Shown here piece after piece: positions 15,725 through 24,732 of a stretch of DNA of 40,953 bases. The translations under genes were made by a program, and so were the position numbers. The stretch spans positions 1 to 40,953 of the forward strand of contig JBBSZV010000001.1 of NCBI GenBank assembly GCA_038044525.1. Direction: 5' to 3'. The notes below the pieces were generated by a model. The model was not told the origin of the DNA, searched no databases, and worked only from the letters and a program-made list of their open reading frames with translations. Within the stretch, counting starts at the first letter, position 1; every line of letters begins with the position of its first letter. This DNA comes from Nanobdellota archaeon (GTDB lineage: Archaea; Nanobdellota; Nanobdellia; Woesearchaeales; GW2011-AR9).

Positions 15725-17116
15725 TCATTCCATGAACTTGCGCATAGCAGGATGCATATCCATCATATGCTGTTTAGAAATCTCTTCATATAACTTATAC
15801 ACGATGCTTACCGCTAACACTATGCTGGTCCCATTCGCTAATGTACCGGTCAGATCAGCCACAGCAGCCAGTAACCCGATTGCCGCTCCGCCGACGATAG
15901 TCAACGGCCATATGTATCTTTCCAGCACCATCTCCAATACCCGCTCATCCCGCCTAAAGCCGGGGATCTGCAGTCCGGAAGCTAATATCTGCTTAGCTTG
16001 GCTCTTGGCATCCATATTCGCAGTCTGCATCCAGAAAATGCTGAACACGACAGCACCGGCGACCAAGACGATGATGTAGAATAAAGCTTGCCCGATCTGC
16101 GGCAAAGCGAAGGTTCCACGGATGAAATTGCCTACTAAATCCGGCGGGCTTAACCAATACACTATCCCTGATGCGGGAGTGTTTCCGGAGAAAGTTCCAA
16201 ACAGCGGATGACCCCAATTTTCAAATAACCTTGCGAACAACTGGACGTTCGCCAATAAAGCGGCCACTAAAATTACCGGAATGTTGGAAGTGTAAAAAAA
16301 GTTTAATGGCCATCTGATGCCCTGTCCGCGTATCCGCCCAAAAGACAAGGGTATTTCCACTTTCATAGACTGCGCATATACCGATATGCCAAAAATCAAA
16401 ACTGTTGCCAGTACCGCCGCCATCTGTAATGCTGCCGTAGTTGCATCTCCGCTGATTAACGATTGAATTAATGCCGGAATCGCTCCAGCTGCAATGTCCG
16501 GATTGGTCGGAGAAGGAAGAAAATTTAATGCGCGTACGAAAAGTTGCTGCGCCACCCCAGCTACGATAAACAGGCTTATCCCCGAGCCGAAACCCCACTT
16601 GCTTACCACTTCATCCATGAACATGATAACTATCCCGCCGAGAATTAATTGAAAAATCAATAATGCTTCCAGCTGCGCAAAAAGCGCCGGAGCTGTCTGC
16701 GCCAATGAGTCTGCCGGAGCCAGACCGCCCATCAATACATAAACGGCAGCTTCAAAAATAACAAACGCGATACCGGTTATTTTTTGCAGGCCTTGGAACT
16801 TCTTCCTGCCTTCCTTCGTGGCCAGATCTAATTTCAATATGCCGGTACCTGAAAGCAGCTGCAACACTATGGATGCGGTTACTAATGGGCCGATACCCAG
16901 CGAGATGATGCTCCCGAAAGAAGCTCCTAAAATGATAGACAAGAATTCAAACTGCTGCAGCGCATTTTCCCCCAGACCGTATAAAGGCACTAACCCCATC
17001 ACGAAAAACAAGACTAGAATCATCAAAGTCCATTTTAATTTCTCCTTGAACGAAAGACGCTGTTTCGGACCTTTCACTTCAGGAAGGTGGGAGATAAGGG
17101 TATCCAGGAAAGACAT
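15725..17116 (-). CDS. secY: Preprotein translocase subunit SecY
   Basis: 463-aa, 10-TM ORF at the end of the r-protein cluster; N-terminus MSFLDTLISHLPEVKGPKQRLSFKEKLKWT. Confidence 0.95.
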   Translation of the reverse strand: MSFLDTLISHLPEVKGPKQRLSFKEKLKWTLMILVLFFVMGLVPLYGLGENALQQFEFLSIILGASFGSIISLGIGPLVTASIVLQLLSGTGILKLDLATKEGRKKFQGLQKITGIAFVIFEAAVYVLMGGLAPADSLAQTAPALFAQLEALLIFQLILGGIVIMFMDEVVSKWGFGSGISLFIVAGVAQQLFVRALNFLPSPTNPDIAAGAIPALIQSLISGDATTAALQMAAVLATVLIFGISVYAQSMKVEIPLSFGRIRGQGIRWPLNFFYTSNIPVILVAALLANVQLFARLFENWGHPLFGTFSGNTPASGIVYWLSPPDLVGNFIRGTFALPQIGQALFYIIVLVAGAVVFSIFWMQTANMDAKSQAKQILASGLQIPGFRRDERVLEMVLERYIWPLTIVGGAAIGLLAAVADLTGTLANGTSIVLAVSIVYKLYEEISKQHMMDMHPAMRKFME

Positions 17117-17118
17117 TT

Positions 17119-17583
17119 TTATTCCGATGCTGCTTTCTCGGAAGAAGCCTCTTCGGCTGAAGAGATCACTTCTCCCCCTGCAGCTTTTATTTTTTCCACT
17201 GCACCTGCGCTGCAGGATTTTACCTTTAATTTTAATTTCAACGATGTTTTTCCGGTGCCTAATAATTTATTGTATCCCAATGCTTTGAGATCGATGGAAT
17301 AAAAGTTTCCTTCTTTAACTGCTTTTCCTTCTTTCACCAGCCGGTTGACCCGTTCGGGAGTGAAATAACTTACATTAACGGCTTTCACCACGATAGTGTT
17401 TTTAGATGTAAATCCATGCCGGCCTAAAGTGATGCCGAACCTTCCGTGCCCAGCGCGTTTGCCGGAACCTGCTCTACCCCGGCCGCCCCGGGAACCTGCG
17501 CCGCGGCGTTTCTTTCTGGCTCCGCCTCCGTGCGTTCCTCCGCCCCGGTACTTAGTGACTTTTTTTCGTTTAAAGGTTACCAT
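17119..17583 (-). CDS. rpl15: 50S ribosomal protein L15 (uL15)
   Basis: KYRGGGTHGGGARKKRRGAGSRGGRGRAG. Confidence 0.9.
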   Translation of the reverse strand: MVTFKRKKVTKYRGGGTHGGGARKKRRGAGSRGGRGRAGSGKRAGHGRFGITLGRHGFTSKNTIVVKAVNVSYFTPERVNRLVKEGKAVKEGNFYSIDLKALGYNKLLGTGKTSLKLKLKVKSCSAGAVEKIKAAGGEVISSAEEASSEKAASE

Positions 17584-17587
17584 GAGA

Positions 17588-18466
17588 TCACTTCTTCAAC
17601 ATCGCAAGAATATTGTTTGCCGCCAGCTGTTCATCTTGCGCATATAGTCCTTGGTCTAAAGAGCTGACGTATTTTTTAAATCGCGATAATTCTTCACGGA
17701 CTTGTTCTTCCAGCACCCCTTCAGGTGTTTTCGCGGATTCTTGGGAAGCAGAAGTATTTTGCGCGCCGCGCCCTGCGGGCGCTTCAGTCGCTTCGCTCCC
17801 ACTACGTACCCCACGCGCACGGTTATGAACGTAGATATCCCGATCAATGGCGTCGAAAATGGAATCGTCACCGAAACTGTAAAGCCAAGAGACCCGCGCA
17901 ATTGCTCCATGGGAAGCGTGCTTTTGCACATATTTTGGATCAAGAACGTAAATTCTGGTTTCATCAATCCTTGCATTTTTCAGCATTTCCATATTCTTGA
18001 CAAAATCATCTCCCTGGCCGAAGACACGTTCTGTGAACGTACGTTCTTCAGCATTCAATGTTTTATATTCCGCGGGAGTGGTTCCGATAGGAAGATAGCT
18101 GAACTCTGCATTGTATACAGATAGACGCAGTTTAGGCAGAGCGATCAGCGTTGTATCGGGAGCGGCAAGAGCCTGTTTAAAATCAGCTTGCGGGACAGGA
18201 TAGTTGCGCCGATTAATTAACTGCTCGAAGGCAGCATCAATATTTTGTAAAACGGGATTGTGAGCTTCTCGGGTCATTGCTAAGGTGGGAGTTTTATTCT
18301 TACCCTTAAGGAAGTATACTTCTCCGTCAGCGGTATAGAACCATTGGTCGCGCAATTTCGGATTATCTATCCGTTCGTTCATCAATTCGTCAGCGTGCAG
18401 CATGGTGCCCGGCTGAAGCTGGCGGTAAGCATCGCGTAAATTTCCGGTGATGGTTTCTAAAGTCAT
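17588..18466 (-). CDS. Operon-embedded unknown protein, family copy 1 (between rpl30 and rpl15)
   Basis: 292 aa. Its C-terminal half (ARVSWLYSFGDD...NRARGVR...GAQNTSASQESAKTPEGVLEE) is homologous to the ORFs at 21470 and 29799. Gaps to its neighbours are 2 nt and 4 nt. Confidence 0.65.
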   Translation of the reverse strand: MTLETITGNLRDAYRQLQPGTMLHADELMNERIDNPKLRDQWFYTADGEVYFLKGKNKTPTLAMTREAHNPVLQNIDAAFEQLINRRNYPVPQADFKQALAAPDTTLIALPKLRLSVYNAEFSYLPIGTTPAEYKTLNAEERTFTERVFGQGDDFVKNMEMLKNARIDETRIYVLDPKYVQKHASHGAIARVSWLYSFGDDSIFDAIDRDIYVHNRARGVRSGSEATEAPAGRGAQNTSASQESAKTPEGVLEEQVREELSRFKKYVSSLDQGLYAQDEQLAANNILAMLKK

Positions 18467-18468
18467 CT

Positions 18469-18903
18469 TTACAGCATCCTCTTGATCAGGTCTTTTATTT
18501 TATCGCCGCGGTTTCCTAATCCCCCGCCGACTTTAAAAGATGTTTTTATCCCTTTCTCGCCGAATCCTTTCTTAGGGGAATTGAGGACAAAATATCTTTT
18601 ATATTTCTTTCCGTTGAATTCCAATCCCTTTTTATCGCTTTCCAGGACTGCGCCGCGCTTCTCAACCAATTCTTTAACTGTATTATCATCGACATTTCCC
18701 CAGGTGATGTAATCTTTCACCTTGAAAAGCATGCCCCGGTATGCGGAATTGTTTTCTATCACTACGCAATGATTCTTACGATTAAGATTAAGCATGGTCA
18801 GGGTATCTTTCACCGGCTTGGTGACTTTAACCACCCCTCTTACTAAGATTACGGCTAATTTTCCATTTCCTTTCCCGTTATCTGAAGAGACTGCTTTTGC
18901 CAT
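18469..18903 (-). CDS. rpl30: 50S ribosomal protein L30 (uL30)
   Basis: KLAVILVRGVVKVTKPVKDTLTMLNLNRKNHCVV. ATG 18903 is preferred because it sits just after the rps5 stop; the alternative is 18921. Confidence 0.9.
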   Translation of the reverse strand: MAKAVSSDNGKGNGKLAVILVRGVVKVTKPVKDTLTMLNLNRKNHCVVIENNSAYRGMLFKVKDYITWGNVDDNTVKELVEKRGAVLESDKKGLEFNGKKYKRYFVLNSPKKGFGEKGIKTSFKVGGGLGNRGDKIKDLIKRML

Positions 18904-18904
18904 T

Positions 18905-19699
18905 TTATGCCGCAGCCCCATCGGATGATTTTTCTTTGAGCTTTCCTTCCATGATCGCTAATTTTCCGCGGTGTTCAGGTCGCACTTTTACTTCTGATAA
19001 TTTTTTCAATGCGTCCATCAGCGCGAAAATCAGATTCAGCTTGGTTCCGGTCTGCCCTTTGGTTTTGCTCCAGATATCTTTTACCCCGGCCAAGGCCAGT
19101 ACTTTTGCGCATTCTTTCTCTACGCATAACCCTTTTCCCTTAGGCGCCGGCATCAATTTCAAGCGCACCGAACCGCATCTGCCTTCCACTGCAAAAGGGA
19201 TGGTATTGGGTTCAGCTACGCCGGATTCCCAGCTTCCGCATCCGCGCCTGACCCGTATAAGATTGATTCTGGCTATCCGCTTGGCTTTATCTCTGGCCGG
19301 GACGGTCTCCTTGCTCTTTCCCACGCCCACGCCGACGTAACCGTTACGGTTGCCGACTACCGCGCAGACCTTGAAATGAATCTTATTCCCTTCCTGGGTT
19401 TTCTTCTGCGTCTGTTTGAAAATACGCCTTTGACCGCCGCCGAACTTACCTTTGGCCTGTCCTATGAGCAATAAATCTTCTTCCAGGTTGGGAAGTAAAG
19501 TCTCGACTATCTCTGCCTCAAGAATATTTTCTCCGCTGTCGAAGATGAAATCTATGTTGTTGATCGCCCCTTCCTTGACTTTCCTTCCTAAGGCAGTCTT
19601 TGGTTTCCACGCTGACTCTGGAGCCGGAACGGTCTCAATCTCTTTCTTGATCTCTTCCATTTCCGACAATTCTACTGGTTCCGGTACGTTTTCATTCAT
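18905..19699 (-). CDS. rps5: 30S ribosomal protein S5 (uS5)
   Basis: FKVCAVVGNRNGYVGVGVGKSKETVPARDKA... Confidence 0.92.
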   Translation of the reverse strand: MNENVPEPVELSEMEEIKKEIETVPAPESAWKPKTALGRKVKEGAINNIDFIFDSGENILEAEIVETLLPNLEEDLLLIGQAKGKFGGGQRRIFKQTQKKTQEGNKIHFKVCAVVGNRNGYVGVGVGKSKETVPARDKAKRIARINLIRVRRGCGSWESGVAEPNTIPFAVEGRCGSVRLKLMPAPKGKGLCVEKECAKVLALAGVKDIWSKTKGQTGTKLNLIFALMDALKKLSEVKVRPEHRGKLAIMEGKLKEKSSDGAAA

Positions 19700-20291
19700 T
19701 TTTTGTTTGACCCGTGATTTTTTGTTTGACTTGCATGAAAGCAGCGGCCATGTTTTCCGGCGCGGAGTTGCTTTTTAAATATTGCGCAAACTGCCGTTCA
19801 TAAACGTCTTTGTTTCCTTTGATCTTTTCCCCGTACTCTTGGACATGCTGCCCTTCAATCTTTTTCTCTTCCGGGAAAAGATCTGTTTCCCCGTGAGGTA
19901 CCGAAATGCCGGCATCTAATGCCCCCTTCAGGAAAGCATATATTCTCCCTTTATGCTGGGGATAATTTAATCCGGTATCCAATACTGAAGTGTCCTTAAA
20001 TTTTTTATCTTTAGCTTTCCTGCCCAGCAGAAAGCCGGTAAGATACGCCGCAGGAATATTTTTACAGGAATATTTCCAGCCATACTTACGCAGGGCAAAA
20101 GAATCTACACCCGCTAATATTTTATCTCCCTTGGGGGTGAATTCCACTAATTGGGCGATGACGCGGCTGTTGGTAAGGCGGACCACTATCCGTTTTTTTC
20201 CGGAGAGCAAAAGCTTTAATCTTTTGGGATAAGAGGTCTTATGTTCTCTTTTCCGTCGGTACATGACAGTTCTTGGTTTTCTTGATGCCAT
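19692..20291 (-). CDS. rpl18: 50S ribosomal protein L18 (uL18)
   Basis: RRKREHKTSYPKRLKLLLSGKKRIVVRLTNSRVIAQL. Confidence 0.92.
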   Translation of the reverse strand: MASRKPRTVMYRRKREHKTSYPKRLKLLLSGKKRIVVRLTNSRVIAQLVEFTPKGDKILAGVDSFALRKYGWKYSCKNIPAAYLTGFLLGRKAKDKKFKDTSVLDTGLNYPQHKGRIYAFLKGALDAGISVPHGETDLFPEEKKIEGQHVQEYGEKIKGNKDVYERQFAQYLKSNSAPENMAAAFMQVKQKITGQTKNE

Positions 20292-20346
20292 AGTTGATCC
20301 TTAGTTTTTTGTTTTTTATCCAGGTATTTTTTATTTGTGATATCCC

Positions 20347-20811
20347 TTATTTCTCTTGTTGTCCTGGTTTTGCTTCAATCAGATTGTGCTCCTTGATGTA
20401 AAGCTTGATGTGCCGCCGATTTCTGAAATAACCCCCCTTGCATTTGGTGTAAAGCATCCGGTAATTCTTAATGGAGAGCAGGCTTTTATCACGCAATTCT
20501 GTCAATAGATCGCGCTGGGCCCGTATTTTTGAAATCCATTTGTCTTTTCTGGTAACTACGGAATGTTTTGATCCTTTCCGGCTTCCTTTCCCCCGCCTTC
20601 TCCCTTTTCTCTTTTGAGCTGCAACCCGCCTGGCTCCGGCACGGGAATGTTGATTTTTAGCGACGATGAAGATCTTTCCTACGGCGACCAAGCCGCGGAT
20701 ATCTGAACGGGTGATGGCTTTCCGGATATCTTCCAGAGCATCAGGAGCGAACCTTATTTTCTTAGGCGAAACTTTCAATATTTTCGCCGCCAGTTCTTTT
20801 TTGTTTCTCAT
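20347..20811 (-). CDS. rpl19e: 50S ribosomal protein L19e (eL19)
   Basis: KKELAAKILKVSPKKIRF...HSRAGARRVAAQKRKGRRRGKGSRKG. Confidence 0.92.
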   Translation of the reverse strand: MRNKKELAAKILKVSPKKIRFAPDALEDIRKAITRSDIRGLVAVGKIFIVAKNQHSRAGARRVAAQKRKGRRRGKGSRKGSKHSVVTRKDKWISKIRAQRDLLTELRDKSLLSIKNYRMLYTKCKGGYFRNRRHIKLYIKEHNLIEAKPGQQEK

Positions 20812-20859
20812 TTTGTATCCTTTATTGCGTGTATTTTTATTTTTTGATCAGGTTGTTAT

Positions 20860-21480
20860 TTATTGGCGTTTAGTTATGGTTTTTTCCGCCATTTTCTTTT
20901 GCTGTTCTGCTTCGTTGTTTTCTTCTGCATGATCGTGATTATGGCTGTGATCGTGTTTGGGCTTTTTGTTTTCAGCTTCCTTCTTGGCGCGTTCTTCAGC
21001 TTTCTTTTTCTTTTCTTCTTCCTTTTTGCCGGTTTCTGCTAATTTTTTCTTCCGCAGCTCCTTGCGCTCTTGGAAACATTTATTTATGCTTTCTACCGCT
21101 TTGGCTGCGTCTTTTACGTTCAGCACCGCGATATCTTTTTTTTGCGCAGCTTCTAATAATGATATTTTCTTCTTCTTTCCCACGCCGGCGGCGATTATCG
21201 CCCCTTGAGTTTCCGGATCCATCGCCGAGAGCTCATCCAGGTTATGGACGACCACCATGGCTAACCCGGTGGGATGCAGACCCCGCACTTCTTCCGGCGC
21301 GCCATATCCCGGATTAGGCATAGCCGGCCGGCCGCAATGCATCTGCCTGACCTTGGAATGCCTTCCGTAAGGGTATCTCCAGCGTGATTCTATCCGGGAA
21401 AAGTTTGATTCCCTGACTACGAAAGCAGGCTTGGTCTTCCTCATCTCCTTCCGTACGGATAATAATTCTTTATTTGCCAT
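20860..21480 (-). CDS. rpl32e: 50S ribosomal protein L32e (eL32) with a ~75-aa K/E-rich, His-rich C-terminal tail
   Basis: WRYPYGRHSKVRQ...GYGAPEEVRGLHPTG core; the tail contains KPKHDHSHNHDH. Confidence 0.9.
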   Translation of the reverse strand: MANKELLSVRKEMRKTKPAFVVRESNFSRIESRWRYPYGRHSKVRQMHCGRPAMPNPGYGAPEEVRGLHPTGLAMVVVHNLDELSAMDPETQGAIIAAGVGKKKKISLLEAAQKKDIAVLNVKDAAKAVESINKCFQERKELRKKKLAETGKKEEEKKKKAEERAKKEAENKKPKHDHSHNHDHAEENNEAEQQKKMAEKTITKRQ

Positions 21481-22282
21481 GGTGTAGTTTTATTAAGTTT
21501 AGTATTGCCTGTTGTTTTAATCCGAAGTATTCCGGCTGGTTTTTTGTTCCCATGAAACCGTCAAAAACCGCTAATTCTTCTGCGATTTTTTCTTCCAGCA
21601 CCTCTTCGGATGTTTTTGCTGGTTCTCGGTAAGCAGAAGTATTTTTCGCGCCTTCGGTGCCTACCTCACGCACCAGACGAGCACGGCCGTTGCTGTCGAA
21701 AGGGTCGTTGAGGCAATAGAGGTAGAACCTATCTGTATAGGTGCCGAGCAAGACCGTCCTTTCAGGTATTAATTTTCTTTTACTTGCTGATGATGTCCAG
21801 AGGTAAGGTCGTTTTCCACTGAATCTATGCAGTACTTCCACCACTTCATCAACTTTCTGATGTCCAAAAGCGATCTGCACTACTTTTCGCCAGTCGTTGT
21901 CCTTCACCAAATTATCTAAATAGCCATTTCCTTCCGGAATAGTACACGAAATAACAGAAGGTTCATCTCCGAAATGAGTAATGGTATTCTTTTTGTGACA
22001 ATAACCAAACTGTGTGCCGGTGCATAAATAATCTTCCTGCAAATCTTTTAACAGGCCTGCTGAAGCAGGGTGGTTTTCTTTCTGCAAATGACGTATAAAG
22101 GAAAAATATTCCGGCAAAGTAGGAAGACGTTTTCCTGAACAGGCCAAATAACTCATCCACTCTGATTGGTTTTGAATAAGATAATTTCCATCTGCATCGC
22201 GAACGGCTTCGCCGTCCAAGGCCAGATTACCTAATACGATTGGCTCAACAGTTCTTTGCTCCAATGAAGTTGCAGGTTCCAT
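21470..22282 (-). CDS. Operon-embedded unknown protein, family copy 2 (between rpl6 and rpl32e)
   Basis: ATG 22282 is favoured: it lies 2 nt after the rpl6 stop and aligns with copy 3 (MEPATSLEQRTVEPIVL). The alternative ATG at 22318 overlaps rpl6. The 3' end overlaps the rpl32e start by 11 nt. Confidence 0.65.
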   Translation of the reverse strand: MEPATSLEQRTVEPIVLGNLALDGEAVRDADGNYLIQNQSEWMSYLACSGKRLPTLPEYFSFIRHLQKENHPASAGLLKDLQEDYLCTGTQFGYCHKKNTITHFGDEPSVISCTIPEGNGYLDNLVKDNDWRKVVQIAFGHQKVDEVVEVLHRFSGKRPYLWTSSASKRKLIPERTVLLGTYTDRFYLYCLNDPFDSNGRARLVREVGTEGAKNTSAYREPAKTSEEVLEEKIAEELAVFDGFMGTKNQPEYFGLKQQAILNLIKLHHGK

Positions 22283-22284
22283 TC

Positions 22285-22824
22285 TCACGCGCTCCCCGCC
22301 TTTTCTACGATATAACATCCGTCCTGGAAAATCCTGCGGTCCCGGTTGGTTATCCGGCAGGCGCTTTCTATCCGCGCCGCAGTCTGGCCGGTCGCTTCCA
22401 CGTCGGAACCGGACACCAATATTTCTTCGCCGTTCACTTTAACTTCCACTCCCGGCATGATCTTGATTTTCCGCGGCACTGCTTCTCCAAGGAAATTCTT
22501 GATAACTACTTCTTTTCCGGAAACGGAAACGTTCATGGGAAAGTGGCCTGAACATATTTTTAACTTATATTGATACGGCTCTTTCACGCCTTGGATCATG
22601 TTTCTTATGTGCGACCTGAAAGAACCCACCATGGTCTTTTCGCGTTTGGTCGCTTTCTGCGCGTAAAGGATGATTTTATTATTTTCCAGGGAAATGGTAA
22701 CTTTGGGATGGAGAAAATTCTTTTTCACTTCTCCTTTATGCCCTTTTATTTTTAAGATGCTCTTATCTAAGTTGGCAGTGATGCCGGTTCCCAGTTCAAT
22801 TTCCTTCCGGAGCTCTTCTTTCAT
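22285..22824 (-). CDS. rpl6: 50S ribosomal protein L6 (uL6)
   Basis: Two-domain L6 pattern: ILKIKGHKGEVKKNF...VSGKEVVIKNFLGE. Confidence 0.9.
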   Translation of the reverse strand: MKEELRKEIELGTGITANLDKSILKIKGHKGEVKKNFLHPKVTISLENNKIILYAQKATKREKTMVGSFRSHIRNMIQGVKEPYQYKLKICSGHFPMNVSVSGKEVVIKNFLGEAVPRKIKIMPGVEVKVNGEEILVSGSDVEATGQTAARIESACRITNRDRRIFQDGCYIVEKAGSA

Positions 22825-22825
22825 T

Positions 22826-23215
22826 TTAGTAACAGTAAGCGATAAGCTTTCCGCCGATCCTTTTTTCTTTCACGTTAAGATGCGTAGCCAGCCCTTGGGG
22901 TGTGGAAACGACGATGATGCCGAAATCCTTTGCCGGCAGATACCTTTTCTCCCATTTTTCAAATTCATCCTTGCCGGTGGAGAAACGCGGCTTTATCACT
23001 CCGCATTTGTTGATGTTCCCTAATAGGTGGACTTTCAAGACATTGCCCTTGCCGTCTTCGATCTCTTCAAATAAACCTATGTACCCCTGTTCATTCATGA
23101 TCGTCAATACCCGCTTGATTATCGATGAAGCCGGTTTGATAACTACTTCACGCTTCCCAACACGTTCTGCATTCAGCACCTTGGTCAAAGCTGCTGCCAA
23201 TGGGTCGTTAAACAT
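22826..23215 (-). CDS. rps8: 30S ribosomal protein S8 (uS8)
   Basis: MFNDPLAAALTKVLNAERVGKREVVIKPASSIIKRVLTIMNEQGYI. Confidence 0.92.
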   Translation of the reverse strand: MFNDPLAAALTKVLNAERVGKREVVIKPASSIIKRVLTIMNEQGYIGLFEEIEDGKGNVLKVHLLGNINKCGVIKPRFSTGKDEFEKWEKRYLPAKDFGIIVVSTPQGLATHLNVKEKRIGGKLIAYCY

Positions 23216-23293
23216 TTTTTTTATCCCCCGATATGTTTAATTTCATTTTTTTGAGTTTGTGTTTTTTTGTTTTATTTTTGCGGAAATCCGGCC

Positions 23294-23524
23294 TCAGCTG
23301 AATTTCTTGAACCCCAGCCCCAGAGCCATTTCCCGGAAACATTGCCGGCATATGTTCAGACCATACTTGTTTATGTGCCCTCTGGTCCTTCCGCAGTTTC
23401 TGCATTTGCGCAGAGCGACACCGCAGGAACGCTTTTTAGGGCTGTTGAACTTAAGATACTTGGCTTTCTTCACCGGTTTATGGTCCAGTTGCGTGAAAGC
23501 TTTTTTATAATCGCTGGTTGTCAT
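23294..23524 (-). CDS. rps14: 30S ribosomal protein S14 type Z (uS14), N-terminally extended
   Basis: [25 protein letters not shown] zinc ribbon. Confidence 0.88.
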   Translation of the reverse strand: MTTSDYKKAFTQLDHKPVKKAKYLKFNSPKKRSCGVALRKCRNCGRTRGHINKYGLNICRQCFREMALGLGFKKFS

Positions 23525-23528
23525 GTTA

Positions 23529-24044
23529 TCAGTTAACCTCTACTCCCAACCCTCGGACGAATTCAATCGCTTCTTTCTGGCTTATCCGATGGCTTTTGCC
23601 TATGCTGCTCGGCTTGATCTTGCGTTTCTTTACCTTGAACCCCGGCCTTTCCAAGGTCACGGCCGCTTCCAAGCCCATGATTTTTAATTCTGGATCGTAA
23701 TCAAGCCCTTTGATATCGATATATTCCGGTATGCCGAAGGAAAAATTACCTTGGGAATCAAAGTTGCTTGTTTTTAAAGTGTTCTCTTTAGCTGCCAACA
23801 GGCGCAGCAATAATTCTTGGCAGCCGTCGCGTACGGTCACTTTGCACCCTATCGCCAATCCCGGACGCAATCCCCACCCGGGGACTCTTTTCTGGGTCTT
23901 GGTCTCCACCGGTTTGCAGGAAGTTATTTTTTCTAACAGCTTGAGCCCTTTCTTGAGCAGCTCCTCATTCTTTCCTGCGCCTACATTTAAAGTTACTTTC
24001 TCTATGTAGATTTCCTTCATGTGGTTTGGTTTTGCGTCTGCCAT
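23529..24044 (-). CDS. rpl5: 50S ribosomal protein L5 (uL5)
   Basis: [20 protein letters not shown]...[13 protein letters not shown]. Confidence 0.92.
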   Translation of the reverse strand: MADAKPNHMKEIYIEKVTLNVGAGKNEELLKKGLKLLEKITSCKPVETKTQKRVPGWGLRPGLAIGCKVTVRDGCQELLLRLLAAKENTLKTSNFDSQGNFSFGIPEYIDIKGLDYDPELKIMGLEAAVTLERPGFKVKKRKIKPSSIGKSHRISQKEAIEFVRGLGVEVN

Positions 24045-24048
24045 GATC

Positions 24049-24732
24049 TTAGTTGAGCGTGATCTCCGCTTCTTTTTCGCCTACGACAAAAAGATAGCTT
24101 TTTGCCGTCTCGACATCTTCCCCGTCTGCCGAATAGGTCGCTTCCTTGCCCTTGATCTCTTTCAGTAAGCCGGTATTGCCGGCATGCTTTCCTTTCGTCA
24201 AAAACACTTTAGCTCCGTTTTTTAGAGGAAGCACTTTTTTAATTTTAGCTTCCGGAAGCGAGATCAGGAAACTGTCGCCTACGTTTGCTGCCGTCGCCGT
24301 GACCATGTTTCTCCCGTCGTGAAGATTGAACTGCATTTTCCCGCCGGACAGCAGGGTTTTGCCGATAACTTTCTCTAATTTTACGCTGCTTTCCTGAGCG
24401 GATATCTCTTTCAACACCAGCCGGCCTTTTTTGTCCAGCACCATGCGGTAATATTTCTTGGTCTCGGGGATGGAAAGGACGTCAAACAGCCCTACTAAAA
24501 AGCCGTGATCCTTGCGCCTTTTTCCGTCAACCAGCACTTCTTTATTGTTCAATAATTTCTTTACTTCGCCCATGGTGGAAGCCAGACCTAAGTTGTCGCG
24601 CAGCAATATTCCTAACGGCAAGCCGCTGTCCAAAGCATGAGCTCCCGGGTTGGGCCGTAATATGAATGTGTTTACTTTCCGGTCCACAAACCAAGTTCGC
24701 GGGGAGGCGATGCGTTTCAGGTGATTTTTCAT
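24049..24732 (-). CDS. rps4e: 30S ribosomal protein S4e (eS4)
   Basis: MKNHLKRIASPRTWFVDRKVNTFILRPNPGAHALDSGLPL. Confidence 0.93.
   Translation of the reverse strand: MKNHLKRIASPRTWFVDRKVNTFILRPNPGAHALDSGLPLGILLRDNLGLASTMGEVKKLLNNKEVLVDGKRRKDHGFLVGLFDVLSIPETKKYYRMVLDKKGRLVLKEISAQESSVKLEKVIGKTLLSGGKMQFNLHDGRNMVTATAANVGDSFLISLPEAKIKKVLPLKNGAKVFLTKGKHAGNTGLLKEIKGKEATYSADGEDVETAKSYLFVVGEKEAEITLN

Noticed and set aside
15672-17302. Several 70-156-aa ORFs on both strands inside secY (15672-16079, 15993-16217, 16221-16598, 16818-17288, 17087-17302)
   Set aside because: All are nested in, or antisense to, the unambiguous secY and rpl15 reading frames, and none has recognisable motifs.
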